From NCBI GenBank assembly GCA_964534285.1, contig CAZHQV010000004.1:1-39183 (forward strand): 39,183 nucleotides of DNA, written 5' to 3'. The number at the start of each line of letters is the position of its first letter. Position 1 is the first letter of the stretch. This document shows positions 8,646 to 17,271 of this stretch, in pieces. The stretch comes from an uncultured Dehalococcoidales bacterium. Its GTDB lineage: Bacteria > Chloroflexota > Dehalococcoidia > GIF9 > AB-539-J10. A model generated the notes under the pieces. It ran no database searches. It was not told the origin of the DNA and saw only the letters and a list, made by a program, of their open reading frames with translations. Made by a program: the position numbers and the translations under genes.

Positions 8646-9473
8646 CTACAAGTCGTTAAACTCCAACGATATGTGAGGGGCTAGGAGCTTATCAAGCATA
8701 CCCTGTAGTTCCGCCAGTACTGCCTCAAGTGGCGGCAGAGGGTTGACCTGTTGCTGCAGGTCCTCTTCCCAGTAGCGCTTCAGTGTTCTGGGATCTTTAG
8801 GAAGAAAGTCGCTCATAGCACGAGGGCGAAGGCCTTTGTGCGCAAGCTTCCTGGACAGAACTGTGCCCAAGAGTCCGAGGTTCAATTGAGTGGAGTGTTC
8901 TTTTAGAAGTCTCCACACGTCGTAGTAGTCCCGGGATTTTCCCCGCTCAAGCAGGCTGCGCATCTTCTCAGCGAGTAACTCTTCCAATGGATAAGCTAGC
9001 ACTTTTTGCTGCTCATCGGGGAAGGGATGGGTCAATACTGTGCGATATTCCGGCTCAAGGCATAGTGGCTCATCGAAACTCAAGTCCATATAAATCATAG
9101 CCGGGTAGGCTAGGGGACCGACAAACTGAATTCGGACACGGGCATAGCCATCTGGCTTGTGAAGCATCTTAGTGGTGAGCAGGATACGAGACGACTGTTG
9201 CACCTGGCGATACCATGTGTCAAGAATTCGTGTTAAGTCTTCCTTTACCATATCGTGCCTCACGGTGAAGTCCAAATCCTCCGAATAGCGCCAGTTTGGG
9301 AAGTAGACTTTGCGCAGGGCAGTGCCGCCTTTGAAGATAAAGAGCTCTCTCAGTTCAGACACTTGAGATAAGGACTTGAGCACTTCTGTAAGCACATAGT
9401 CCTTTTCCAATACGCCTAAAGCCACCTTCTCGCGGTTTGCCAGCCTGTGCAACTCAGACCTGGATAGAATCAT
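8646..9473 (-). CDS. AbiEii/AbiGii-family nucleotidyltransferase toxin (DUF1814)
   Basis: LEKDYVLTEVL...FKGGTALRKVY...YSEDLDF are signature motifs. The ATG at 9473 overlaps the antitoxin stop (ATGA). Confidence 0.85.
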   Translation of the reverse strand: MILSRSELHRLANREKVALGVLEKDYVLTEVLKSLSQVSELRELFIFKGGTALRKVYFPNWRYSEDLDFTVRHDMVKEDLTRILDTWYRQVQQSSRILLTTKMLHKPDGYARVRIQFVGPLAYPAMIYMDLSFDEPLCLEPEYRTVLTHPFPDEQQKVLAYPLEELLAEKMRSLLERGKSRDYYDVWRLLKEHSTQLNLGLLGTVLSRKLAHKGLRPRAMSDFLPKDPRTLKRYWEEDLQQQVNPLPPLEAVLAELQGMLDKLLAPHISLEFNDL

Positions 9474-10291
9474 CGTTCCTTCCACTGGAGCAGTTCATTC
9501 TCAGGAACGTTTAGCAAAACTTTCCAGCGTTCGACATAGTGCCCTTCACGGGTTGCCAGGTTATCGAGGGGAGCATAGCTATTGCTTATGCCTTCACGCA
9601 GGAGAGCAATCGCCTCCTCGGCCCCGAAGTCAAGCATTTCCAGGAGACAACCCAGGCGCTGGATTGCCGCCCTGTTTCCATTCCTGCGGGCATACTCAGC
9701 CATCTTGACAAGGTCAAGCTCATCCCGGCCATAACAGAGTGCCTTAGCCACCTCCACCGCACCACCACAATATTCCAGGCGGTCAAGGCAGTCGACTATG
9801 GTCTTCTCAGGTTCTGAGATATTCACCCGATATCCATCGAGGGTCGCCTCAGCGACTGCAAAGAACTTTCTGTCGGACATATAGACAAAGCGGTAGGTTA
9901 CCCCAGAGATTTCCAGTGCTGATTTTAGCTTGCGACGGGTTGAGGCTATGAAGACAGTGCGGCTAACCTGTTCTGTATAGCCATAGTAATTGAGGGCACT
10001 GCGGAATCCAATGTAGTAGGGCTCAATAAGGTATGAGGCGATTATGAATTCATGCTCAGTCCACTCGCCCTCACGTCCAGCTTCAAAGGGTAGTATGAGG
10101 TACTTGCCCTTCTCCATACGGCGGAGCCAGTGCCGCTTTACCAGTGTGGATAGCAATTCGCGTAGTCCACTGCCACTGTTGCCGTAGATTTCGGCAGCAT
10201 CATTTAAGGCAAAGAGGCGCTTACCCCGACGGAGCAGCTCTGCCAAGAGGTTGCTTCCTGCGTCGCCGAGAGTTCTTTTGTTTTGTGTCAT
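9470..10291 (-). CDS. AbiEi-family antitoxin / transcriptional regulator
   Basis: N-terminal wHTH-like region and COG5340-like body. It sits directly upstream of AbiEii and is translationally coupled to it. Likely start is MTQNKRTL at 10291. Confidence 0.8.
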   Translation of the reverse strand: MTQNKRTLGDAGSNLLAELLRRGKRLFALNDAAEIYGNSGSGLRELLSTLVKRHWLRRMEKGKYLILPFEAGREGEWTEHEFIIASYLIEPYYIGFRSALNYYGYTEQVSRTVFIASTRRKLKSALEISGVTYRFVYMSDRKFFAVAEATLDGYRVNISEPEKTIVDCLDRLEYCGGAVEVAKALCYGRDELDLVKMAEYARRNGNRAAIQRLGCLLEMLDFGAEEAIALLREGISNSYAPLDNLATREGHYVERWKVLLNVPENELLQWKER

Positions 10292-10319
10292 AATTGTCAG
10301 CCTTTTCCTGACAATTATA
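10292..10319 (-). promoter_or_regulatory. Putative abiE promoter/operator: extended -10 overlapping a perfect 9-bp inverted repeat
   Basis: The minus strand reads TGCTATAATTGTCAGGAAAAGGCTGACAATT followed by ATG. The repeat AATTGTCAG-n7-CTGACAATT abuts the start codon. Confidence 0.45.
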
Positions 10320-10386
10320 GCATAAAACATAAATGCCGGGAACAGTGGTTATCGGCTTGAGTGGGAAGAGAAACGGGAACTAGGAA

Positions 10387-10415
10387 ACGGGGCGGGCGCA
10401 TTGCGCCCGCCCCGT
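10387..10415 (-). terminator. GC-rich hairpin, likely intrinsic terminator/insulator upstream of abiE
   Basis: ACGGGGCGGGCGCA/TGCGCCCGCCCCGT forms a stem of about 12 bp, followed on the minus strand by TTTCC. Confidence 0.5.
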
Positions 10416-10419
10416 GTGG

Positions 10420-10581
10420 TTATAGGAGCCTGCCTGTGTGGGTTTCTAGGACATGGTGGACGATTCGCCTTGCGATCTCGAAGCATGCTGCCATGCGAAT
10501 GACGCTGGCGTCGCCGATGCCTTTGTAGCGTAGGAACTTCTCGAGGGGCTGGTGGAGCCGGGTGACAATCCAGGGGTTCGA
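10420..10581 (-). pseudogene. Truncated RadC-like (helix-hairpin-helix) gene fragment
   Basis: The 53-codon frame SNPWIVTRLHQPLEKFLRYKGIGDASVIRMAACFEIARRIVHHV resembles the RadC/YicR HhH segment (F..V.GIG.AK...L..A.ELARR). A stop lies immediately 5' of it at the repeat junction, there is no start codon, and the JAB domain is absent. Confidence 0.3.
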
Positions 10582-10586
10582 TCAAT

Positions 10587-11009
10587 TCAAGAACCGCTAC
10601 ACAACCCCGCTATCTCGAGCAACCTTTGAGTATCCCAATGCAGGTCCTGCCATATCCGGGGGATGTCCTTCTTCTGTACCCATAAAGCTTCGCCTGCGTC
10701 ACTGGCCACGTTGAGCTCGCCACCTGACAACCTGGCGACATAATCGATGTAGATAACGTGTAGGATGGTCTCCTCACTTGTCTTGACGATCCTATCAAAA
10801 GGAATGAGAGGTCTAACCAGCTCTATTTCCAGGTTTGTCTCCTCCCTGACCTCCCTTTTGATCCCTTCTTTGATTTCCTCGCCGAGCTCAAGCGCCCCTC
10901 CGGGACAGATCCATTTTCCCTGCCAGTAGCCGCCCCTCTCCTTCTTATGCTTCACCAGGAGGATTCTTTCATCGTCGTCCAGGATCACTGCTCCCACGGC
11001 TACTAACAT
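10587..11009 (-). CDS. NUDIX hydrolase, copy 2
   Basis: Same NUDIX box as copy 1. The C-terminal third differs from copy 1 at several residues, and the last residues differ. Confidence 0.85.
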   Translation of the reverse strand: MLVAVGAVILDDDERILLVKHKKERGGYWQGKWICPGGALELGEEIKEGIKREVREETNLEIELVRPLIPFDRIVKTSEETILHVIYIDYVARLSGGELNVASDAGEALWVQKKDIPRIWQDLHWDTQRLLEIAGLCSGS

Positions 11010-11240
11010 GCAACCGAATCTACCTTTGCTCCAATTGGCCTGGCCAGCCAGCCGCAATGCTCACTCTCGGTAGCTAACCTCGCTTGCGTGATCTCCGCCA
11101 CGTCCATTCCTCCAGAGCCAAAGCGCCAGCCAAGACCAGCGCTGTGGCCAATGCCGAAAAGACCGCAACTAGCGCCGGGTGAGATTGCCACGCTTGGCTC
11201 CCACTAGCCGTGGGGTTAGCCAGCGTTTCTCGCCAGCGGC
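10609..11240. repeat. Direct repeat copy B (632 bp), homologous to 7763..8394
   Basis: See copy A. This copy is continuous with the intact peptidase gene. Confidence 0.85.
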
Positions 11241-12312
11241 TATCAAGCCCATCTGTATCAAAGCCGTAGACCTGGGTCAAAGCTGCGTCACAGGTCTCGC
11301 CTTGTTTGAAAAGCCCAAGGAGTTCAAGCATCTTTCCCTGGCCATAACCGTCCATGAGGTATTCCACAAGGCTGTAGCTCTCAGCATAAGAGACATAAGC
11401 CTTTTCAGTCTCAGCCGAGAAGGGACTGCATAGACTACGCACTGAGATAAGCTTGTCTTCGGCAACAGCGTTGTTCAGCCAGGCTTGGAAAAACGACTCA
11501 AGCTGCCCTTCATTATACATAGCCAAACCTTCATCGACCCACACGGGAAGGGCGGAATAAGGGCTGAATGTTGTCTCATGAACGACCACGTGCGTCAGTT
11601 CATGAACTAGAGCTCTCTTACCCCAATCTATTTGTTCTGGCGCGATGCCGATAACGATTATGCCAAAATCGGTGAAGGCCGCGCCCCCAGTCCATTCCTG
11701 AGGAAAAATCATGGCTCCTCGCACATCTGCCGTTGAGTCATAAACATATATCGCGATAGGCACCGGGCTTGCTTCGGCATTCCCTGCCCCCCAATAACAA
11801 ATGGGCTCCAATCTGTCGAGTCCCTGGTCGCAAGCATCCGTTAGTTCTCGAGCGAAAGAATCACTGCCTTCATACCAGAGAAGGGTTACCTCATCAGTGG
11901 CTACGCTTTGCCAGGGATAGCGAACATCATCAAAGTAGACCAAGCCCGGAGGAGTTTCGAGCGTGTTTCCGGCAGTATCCTCTGCTGTCCACCAGTATGT
12001 TACTGCAGCGCCCGGAGGCAGGCTTGCTTTCCTCATATCCCATGTCCAGCTGGTCTCTATTGTTGTTCCTGGAGTGAAATCAGGCCAGCCCTCACCAGTA
12101 ACTTCAGCGTAGTTCATCTTGTCCACCTGGTAGTGAAGACGAACATCAGTTATGTTGGCAGAACTCTCGGCTTCAAGATTGAAAACAAGCTCACTGGGGA
12201 AGTCTATCTCCACACTGCTGTCCACAGCGGAGATGCCGCTGTCAGCCTGAAGGGGCGAGGGAATGAACAGTAGAACCAGAGCTAGAGCCGCTAAGCCAAC
12301 CCATCTAATCAT
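11074..12312 (-). CDS. Membrane-anchored zinc metallopeptidase (peptidase MA-like, HExxH)
   Basis: Signal/TM at the N-terminus (LAALALVLLFIPSPLQA), HELTHVVVHE zinc motif, and a C-terminal TM plus basic tail. The ATGA overlap with the prfB stop implies coupling. Confidence 0.7.
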   Translation of the reverse strand: MIRWVGLAALALVLLFIPSPLQADSGISAVDSSVEIDFPSELVFNLEAESSANITDVRLHYQVDKMNYAEVTGEGWPDFTPGTTIETSWTWDMRKASLPPGAAVTYWWTAEDTAGNTLETPPGLVYFDDVRYPWQSVATDEVTLLWYEGSDSFARELTDACDQGLDRLEPICYWGAGNAEASPVPIAIYVYDSTADVRGAMIFPQEWTGGAAFTDFGIIVIGIAPEQIDWGKRALVHELTHVVVHETTFSPYSALPVWVDEGLAMYNEGQLESFFQAWLNNAVAEDKLISVRSLCSPFSAETEKAYVSYAESYSLVEYLMDGYGQGKMLELLGLFKQGETCDAALTQVYGFDTDGLDSRWRETLANPTASGSQAWQSHPALVAVFSALATALVLAGALALEEWTWRRSRKRG

Positions 12313-13413
12313 TTCTCGTCCCCCATTTTCGAGCGGAGGTAGGAGGTAATGAATCCATCCAGATCGCCGTCCAATACAGCCTCAGCATCACTGACTTCGT
12401 AGCCGGTACGATGGTCCTTGACCATCTTATAGGGGTGGAGAACATAGCTCCTGATTTGGTTCCCCCAACCAGCTTCAATACGCTCGCCTTTGAGTTTTGC
12501 CTTTTCCTCTTCCTTCTTAGCGCGCTCGACCTGAAGAACGCGGGCATGAAGGATTTTCAGAGCAGTCTCCTTGTTGTGATGCTGTGACCTCTGACTCTGA
12601 CACGTGGCTACTAGCCCTGTGGGCAAGTGAGTTACCCTCACAGCGCTGCTTGTCTTTTGCATGTGCTGTCCACCGGGACCGCTGGACCTGAAGGTGTCTA
12701 TCCTCAAATCTTCCGCGTTTATCTCGGCGTCCGTTGCCTCCTCAGCTTCGGGGAGCACCTCCACCAACGCGAAGGAGGTATGGCGAGCGTGGTCGGCATC
12801 ATAGGGCGAAAGCCGCACCAACCTGTGGACTCCATGTTCACCCTTGACGTAGCCATAGGCATGGTCTCCCCTGATTTCCAGGATAGCGCTTTTGATGCCA
12901 GCCTCTTCACCGGGCGAAACGTCCAGTATCTCGGCGCGATAGTCATGTCCTTCCGCCCACCTTAGGTACATCCTGAGCAACATATCTGCCCAATCTTGAG
13001 ATTCAGTACCACCGGCACCAGCATGAAGGGCAAGCATGGCGTTGCGCGAGTCATAGTCACCGCTGAGCACTAACTTGGCCTCCAGTTGTTCCAAACGAGA
13101 GCTCACGCTCTTCAGTTCCCCTTCAATGTCTTCTTTGATTGAGTAGTCCCCCTCTTCAATAGCTAATGCTGCCATTTCAGAAAGATCGACAACTCTACGT
13201 TCTAGGTCACGCCAGTCGCGAACCACGTTCTTGTTCGCCGAGAGTTGGCGCATGGCGGCTTGAGCTCTAGCTGGATCGCGCCAGAAAGTGGGGCTCGCCG
13301 AGTCCGCCTCTATGTGGGCGATTTCCTTTTCCTTACCGGAAATGTCAAAGATGCACCATTATGTCGGAGAGCCGGCGACGCAAGCTCTCCAGATTGTCTT
13401 TCTGCTCCTGCAT
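12309..13413 (-). CDS. prfB: Peptide chain release factor 2, requires +1 programmed frameshift
   Basis: The tracked ORF (314 aa) carries SPGEEAGI...GGQHMQKTSSAVRVTHLPTG (GGQ motif). A 22-codon frame-0 leader MQEQKDNLESLRRRLSDIMVHL ends at CTT TGA C. Reading +1 gives DISGKEKEIAHIEADSASPTFWRDPARAQAAMRQL, which joins the tracked ORF in frame. Confidence 0.9.
13344..13350 (-). promoter_or_regulatory. prfB: prfB +1 frameshift site CUU UGA C
   Basis: An exact CTTTGAC heptamer lies at codon 22-23 of the leader frame. Confidence 0.85.
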
Positions 13414-13431
13414 TTCACCCTGCCTATCGCA

Positions 13432-14133
13432 TTAGTTGAATAGCTTCTCCTGGTGGCTTGGCCCAGAAACTGACTTGCCGCCGGCGGCAAAATGAGCCAG
13501 ACGAGTAGGTTCAGGAAGGCGATAGCCGCGACAACACTTCATCACCCAGTGTAGAGCTGAAGCAAGGTCAATCTTGTGGCCTATGGAAACGTAGATAGCG
13601 GCCACTCCAGGTTTGGTTCTCAAAGCAGCGCCGACAACTTCCCCATCATCAATCAGCTCGGCATAGGAGCCAACCTGTTCTCCCAAAGGATTCTGCCTGC
13701 CGCAGAGGATGGATTTGGCACAGCCTATTGTGGGCAAGTCGAGAAAGAGTCCCAAATGTGAGGCGAGCCCCAGCCTCCTGGGGTGAGCAATTCCCTGACC
13801 ATCAACCAGGATGAGATCAGGAGTATTGCGGAGCTTCTGACAGGCGGCCAATATTACAGGAGACTCCCGAAAAGATAACAAACCTGGGACATAAGGAAGG
13901 GTGAGCCTGTCTTCAGCCGTTTCTACCTCCACAACAGCAAGCTCAGGGTAGCTGAGGACGACTATGGCGCCCCGAGCCACGCCGTCAGAATCCGTAGAAG
14001 ACATGTCAACGCCGGCAACGAAGTGGGGATTGTCGACCTCGCCTTCGGTCACTACCTCTTTTGCAAGCCTCGACTGTATCTCCTTAGCTTGAGCGGGACT
14101 CATCTGCCACTGATGCAGTCTATTCACCTTCAT
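13432..14133 (-). CDS. nfi: Endonuclease V
   Basis: YVPGLLSFRE, VDGQGIAHPRRLGLASHLG, PTIGCAKS and GYRLPEPTR match the conserved blocks of E. coli Nfi. Confidence 0.9.
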   Translation of the reverse strand: MKVNRLHQWQMSPAQAKEIQSRLAKEVVTEGEVDNPHFVAGVDMSSTDSDGVARGAIVVLSYPELAVVEVETAEDRLTLPYVPGLLSFRESPVILAACQKLRNTPDLILVDGQGIAHPRRLGLASHLGLFLDLPTIGCAKSILCGRQNPLGEQVGSYAELIDDGEVVGAALRTKPGVAAIYVSIGHKIDLASALHWVMKCCRGYRLPEPTRLAHFAAGGKSVSGPSHQEKLFN

Positions 14134-14174
14134 CTGTTTGAATTATAAAGCATTTACTTCTAGGAGGAAAGCAA

Positions 14175-14203
14175 TTGACAAAGGCCGCTATTCGAGGGAT
14201 AAT
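14175..14203 (+). promoter_or_regulatory. Sigma70-type promoter for rpsP (TTGACA-17-GATAAT)
   Basis: A perfect -35 with a 17-nt spacer. The -10 ends 11 nt before the ATG at 14215, and no SD lies between them. Confidence 0.5.
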
Positions 14204-14214
14204 AGCGCAGTCAA

Positions 14215-14493
14215 ATGGTTAGAATCAGGTTGCGTAGGGTCGGGAGCAAACATAGACCAATATACCGAGTGGTAGTAGCGGATAGTCGTTCACCTCGTGA
14301 TGGCGCCTTCATCGAGACTATTGGGCATTATAACCCTTTAACAGAGCCTGCTACCGTTGTCGTTAATGAGGAGAGAGCATTGAAATGGCTAAGAGACGGA
14401 GCTCAGCCCACAGACACAGTCTCAAGCCTGCTCCGTAGGTTAGGCATCCTGGACAGATTCAAACAAGGGTCTCAAGCCAAATCTGACTCTTAA
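14215..14493 (+). CDS. rpsP: 30S ribosomal protein S16
   Basis: [41 protein letters not shown] is canonical S16. Confidence 0.95.
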   Translation: MVRIRLRRVGSKHRPIYRVVVADSRSPRDGAFIETIGHYNPLTEPATVVVNEERALKWLRDGAQPTDTVSSLLRRLGILDRFKQGSQAKSDS

Positions 14494-14502
14494 GGAGACG
14501 AA

Positions 14503-14733
14503 ATGAAAGAGCTGGTGGAATACATTGTCAAGTCCATTGTTAGGGAGCCCGACCAAGTGAATATTACTGAAGAAAACGATGACGGGGACGTACTGGTAGT
14601 CAAACTGGAGGTTGCCCCTGAGGATAAAGGCAGAGTGATTGGCAAGCAGGGCCGAGTGGCCGAGGCCATACGCACTTTGCTTCGAGTAAAAGCCGCTAAG
14701 GATGAAACGAGAGTCAGGCTAACGATACTGTAA
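14503..14733 (+). CDS. KH-domain RNA-binding protein (YlqC/KhpA-like)
   Basis: 76 aa. GRVIGKQGRVAEAIRTLL is a KH GXXG motif. The position after rpsP is conserved. Confidence 0.85.
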   Translation: MKELVEYIVKSIVREPDQVNITEENDDGDVLVVKLEVAPEDKGRVIGKQGRVAEAIRTLLRVKAAKDETRVRLTIL

Positions 14734-14747
14734 TTAGGATTCTCGTG

Positions 14748-14792
14748 AGCCAGCTCCTCCAGCGTGTTTACAACGTGAGAAGCTGGCTTTTT
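14748..14792 (+). terminator. Possible intrinsic terminator of rpsP-KH
   Basis: AGCCAGCT ... AGCTGGCT forms an 8-bp stem with a large 25-nt loop, followed by TTTTT. Confidence 0.3.
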
Positions 14793-14936
14793 CTCTTGTA
14801 TGCAGCGTCGCCAAGATAAGTCTGGGCTGAGCAAGGGCGACATCGTGAGTGCAGCCCATCGACTGCAGCACAAAGTTGTAGCTAATTGTTGTCACATCCA
14901 TCAGGCGAAACGACACCTGTTCCCTTGCAGAGCATA

Positions 14937-17267
14937 TCATTCGCCTTTTGAATTCTGTTGATTGGCAACTGACGCACTCACAGACAATGGTGCTGAGCAC
15001 ATCAGCTCTTGCAGCAGTAGTATCGCTGCTTTCTTATCCAGAGGCTGGTTATTATTGCCGCACTTCGGTGATTGAATACAGCTTGGGCAACCGTCGTGAC
15101 AGGGGCATTTCTCAACTACTTCCAGAGTAGCTTGCCACAGCTCTTCCACCATCTCAAATCCTTTTTCGGCAATGCCGATGCCTCCAGGATAGGCGTCATA
15201 GATGAAGATCTGTGCTTTCCCGGTATCTGGATGGAATGGAGTGGAAACACCGCCGATGTCATTTCGGTCGCAAAGGGCAAATAGGGGAAGTATGCCAATG
15301 GCGGCATGCTCGCAAGCGTGTAAGCCACCATGAAAATCAAGCCCTGCGCTTGTTATCCTGGCGATCGCCCTTTGAGGCAGATCGAACCACAATGCTTTGG
15401 TGGCGAAGCTCTGAGATGGTAGATCTAGTGGCTCCTCTCCGATAACCTCTTCGGTGAATTGTCTCTTTTTCCGAAAGCTGACCACTGTAGTGGTGACGTC
15501 AACATCTCCAAGATAGACGCCTACCCCGTGATTCTCTTCTCTGGCTACTTCTACAACACTGATGTCCGTGATGTCCTTGGCTTGGGTGTAATAGCCAACA
15601 GAAGTCGGCTCCGCCAGAGCGACATGCCTAACCAAGTCGAGCTGGGTTACGATGTAAGATTCGCCCTGGTGGAGATAGATGGCCCCGGGATATACTTGAA
15701 AAAAGGCGACACTCGCTTCCACCGTCTCCAGCAAACGGCCCTGGGAAGTATCGATGACCAGATAGTTCTCCCTTGAAGTTGTCCTTATGTTTACATTTTG
15801 TGCGGGATAGCTGACTGCAGCAGATAGAAACCACTTCACCTGGCGTCTTCGCAAGCTGCCTTTGCGCTCTAGATCCACAAGTGCATCATCGACGCCGCTG
15901 CCAAAGAATTCTCTATCACCGTCATCAAGAGGTTTCTCCCAGGCAGCACAGAGAAGGTGAGGTTCCAGAATATAAGGATTAGCGGGGTTGATTAAGGCAT
16001 TGTCGAAGTTCTTACCAAAGAAGAAATCAGGGTTGCGCATTAGATACTGGTCAAGTGGACTATCCTGTGCGATCAGAAAGCTCAAGGAGCTACCCCCACT
16101 CCGCCCACTGCGCCCCGCTTGCTGCCAAGCGCTGGCAATGCTTCCGGGATAGCCGGTTAGAACTGTGGCATCCAAATCGCCAACGTCTATTCCCAGTTCT
16201 AGAGCAGTTGTCGCTACCAGGCCAAGCAAATGGCCGTGAAAGAACTGATGCTCAATGCGTCGCCTGTCTTCGGGGAGGTAGCCGGCGCGATAGGGACTGA
16301 TGAGGTGGGCCAGGTGGGGGGGTAACTGCTCCTGAGCATAAATACAAATAAGCTCGGTCAGCTTGCGAGTGCGGGCGAACGTAAGGGTACGAACATCGTT
16401 GCTAACGAGCTGGCTGAGAAGAAAAGCAGCTTCACTATTAGAACTGCGTCGGGTGCTCCTTGCTTCATCGACAATTGGCGGATTCCAGAAGGCAAAATAT
16501 TTCTCACCACGAGATGAACCGTCCTCAACGATTTCGTCAAAGGGCAAGCCAACTAGATTCTGAGCATGCTCTTTGGGATTGGCAATGGTGGCTGAGCAGC
16601 AAATAAACTGAGGGCTGGAGCCATACAAAGCGCAGAGTCGTCGTAATCTCCTTAGCACGTTAGCCACATGGGAACCGAAAATACCTCGATAAATGTGGGC
16701 CTCGTCTATCACTACATACCTCAGCTTACGGAGCAACTTAGACCACGATTGGTGATTGGGCAGAATACCAAAGTGGAGCATATCTGGATTTGTAAGCACC
16801 ACCCTGGCTTGCTTCCTTATACTAGCTCTTTCTGACTGGGGAGTATCACCATCAAAGGCAGCTATGACCTCCTCGGAGAGGAGCTTGGGACAGGCTATTC
16901 CCTTTAGGCTGCGCAACTGATCCTGGGCTAAGGCCTTGGTGGGGAAAACGTAAAGAGCGCGGCTGTCTTTCTCATCTAGGACAGCCTCAAGGGTTGCCAG
17001 GTGATAACACAAGGTCTTGCCGCTGGCACTGGGTGTAGCTACCATCACATTCTTTCCCATGAAAATGGCGTCCAGCGCCTCTACTTGATGGCTATACAGA
17101 GCAGAAATGCCTAGAGATTGAAGGCATTCCTGGAGGGCAGGCTTAGAAAGGTTGTTCAGCTCTCTAATGCTGGCGTCTTGTGAAAGGATGTGCTGGATGC
17201 GAACTATCTGCTGCTCATAGTCGGGCGAACTAATGAGGCGATGAAGAAAAGCAGCCACATCCATCAA
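14937..17267 (-). CDS. DEAD/DEAH-box helicase with C-terminal DUF1998 zinc domain (MrfA/YprA-like)
   Basis: 776 aa with TPSASGKT, VIDEAH, and the C-terminal CPCHDGCPSCIQSPKCGNNN motif. Confidence 0.85.
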   Translation of the reverse strand: MMDVAAFLHRLISSPDYEQQIVRIQHILSQDASIRELNNLSKPALQECLQSLGISALYSHQVEALDAIFMGKNVMVATPSASGKTLCYHLATLEAVLDEKDSRALYVFPTKALAQDQLRSLKGIACPKLLSEEVIAAFDGDTPQSERASIRKQARVVLTNPDMLHFGILPNHQSWSKLLRKLRYVVIDEAHIYRGIFGSHVANVLRRLRRLCALYGSSPQFICCSATIANPKEHAQNLVGLPFDEIVEDGSSRGEKYFAFWNPPIVDEARSTRRSSNSEAAFLLSQLVSNDVRTLTFARTRKLTELICIYAQEQLPPHLAHLISPYRAGYLPEDRRRIEHQFFHGHLLGLVATTALELGIDVGDLDATVLTGYPGSIASAWQQAGRSGRSGGSSLSFLIAQDSPLDQYLMRNPDFFFGKNFDNALINPANPYILEPHLLCAAWEKPLDDGDREFFGSGVDDALVDLERKGSLRRRQVKWFLSAAVSYPAQNVNIRTTSRENYLVIDTSQGRLLETVEASVAFFQVYPGAIYLHQGESYIVTQLDLVRHVALAEPTSVGYYTQAKDITDISVVEVAREENHGVGVYLGDVDVTTTVVSFRKKRQFTEEVIGEEPLDLPSQSFATKALWFDLPQRAIARITSAGLDFHGGLHACEHAAIGILPLFALCDRNDIGGVSTPFHPDTGKAQIFIYDAYPGGIGIAEKGFEMVEELWQATLEVVEKCPCHDGCPSCIQSPKCGNNNQPLDKKAAILLLQELMCSAPLSVSASVANQQNSKGE

Positions 17268-17271
17268 CCAT

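Noticed and set aside
10571-10585. T-arm-like GGGGTTCGATC at the repeat junction (a possible tRNA-derived att site)
   Set aside because: There is no complementary T-stem or acceptor stem. The sequence is better explained as part of the RadC-like coding fragment.
10349-10585. 78-aa Arg/Pro-rich minus-strand ORF
   Set aside because: It has low-complexity composition and spans a GC-rich terminator hairpin. A different frame of the same DNA gives the more protein-like RadC-type fragment.
14490-14873. 127-aa minus-strand ORF, and other long shadow ORFs inside pnp, infB, purA, asd and dapB
   Set aside because: Each is antisense to or out of frame with a strongly supported conserved gene. They are Ser/Leu/Cys-rich and none has an SD.
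14937-17267. DUF1998 helicase as part of a defence system (DISARM/Dpd-like)
   Set aside because: No methyltransferase, PLD nuclease, DUF1998-partner or other defence gene is adjacent. The domain order and the DUF503/zinc-ribbon housekeeping neighbourhood fit an MrfA/YprA-type repair helicase.
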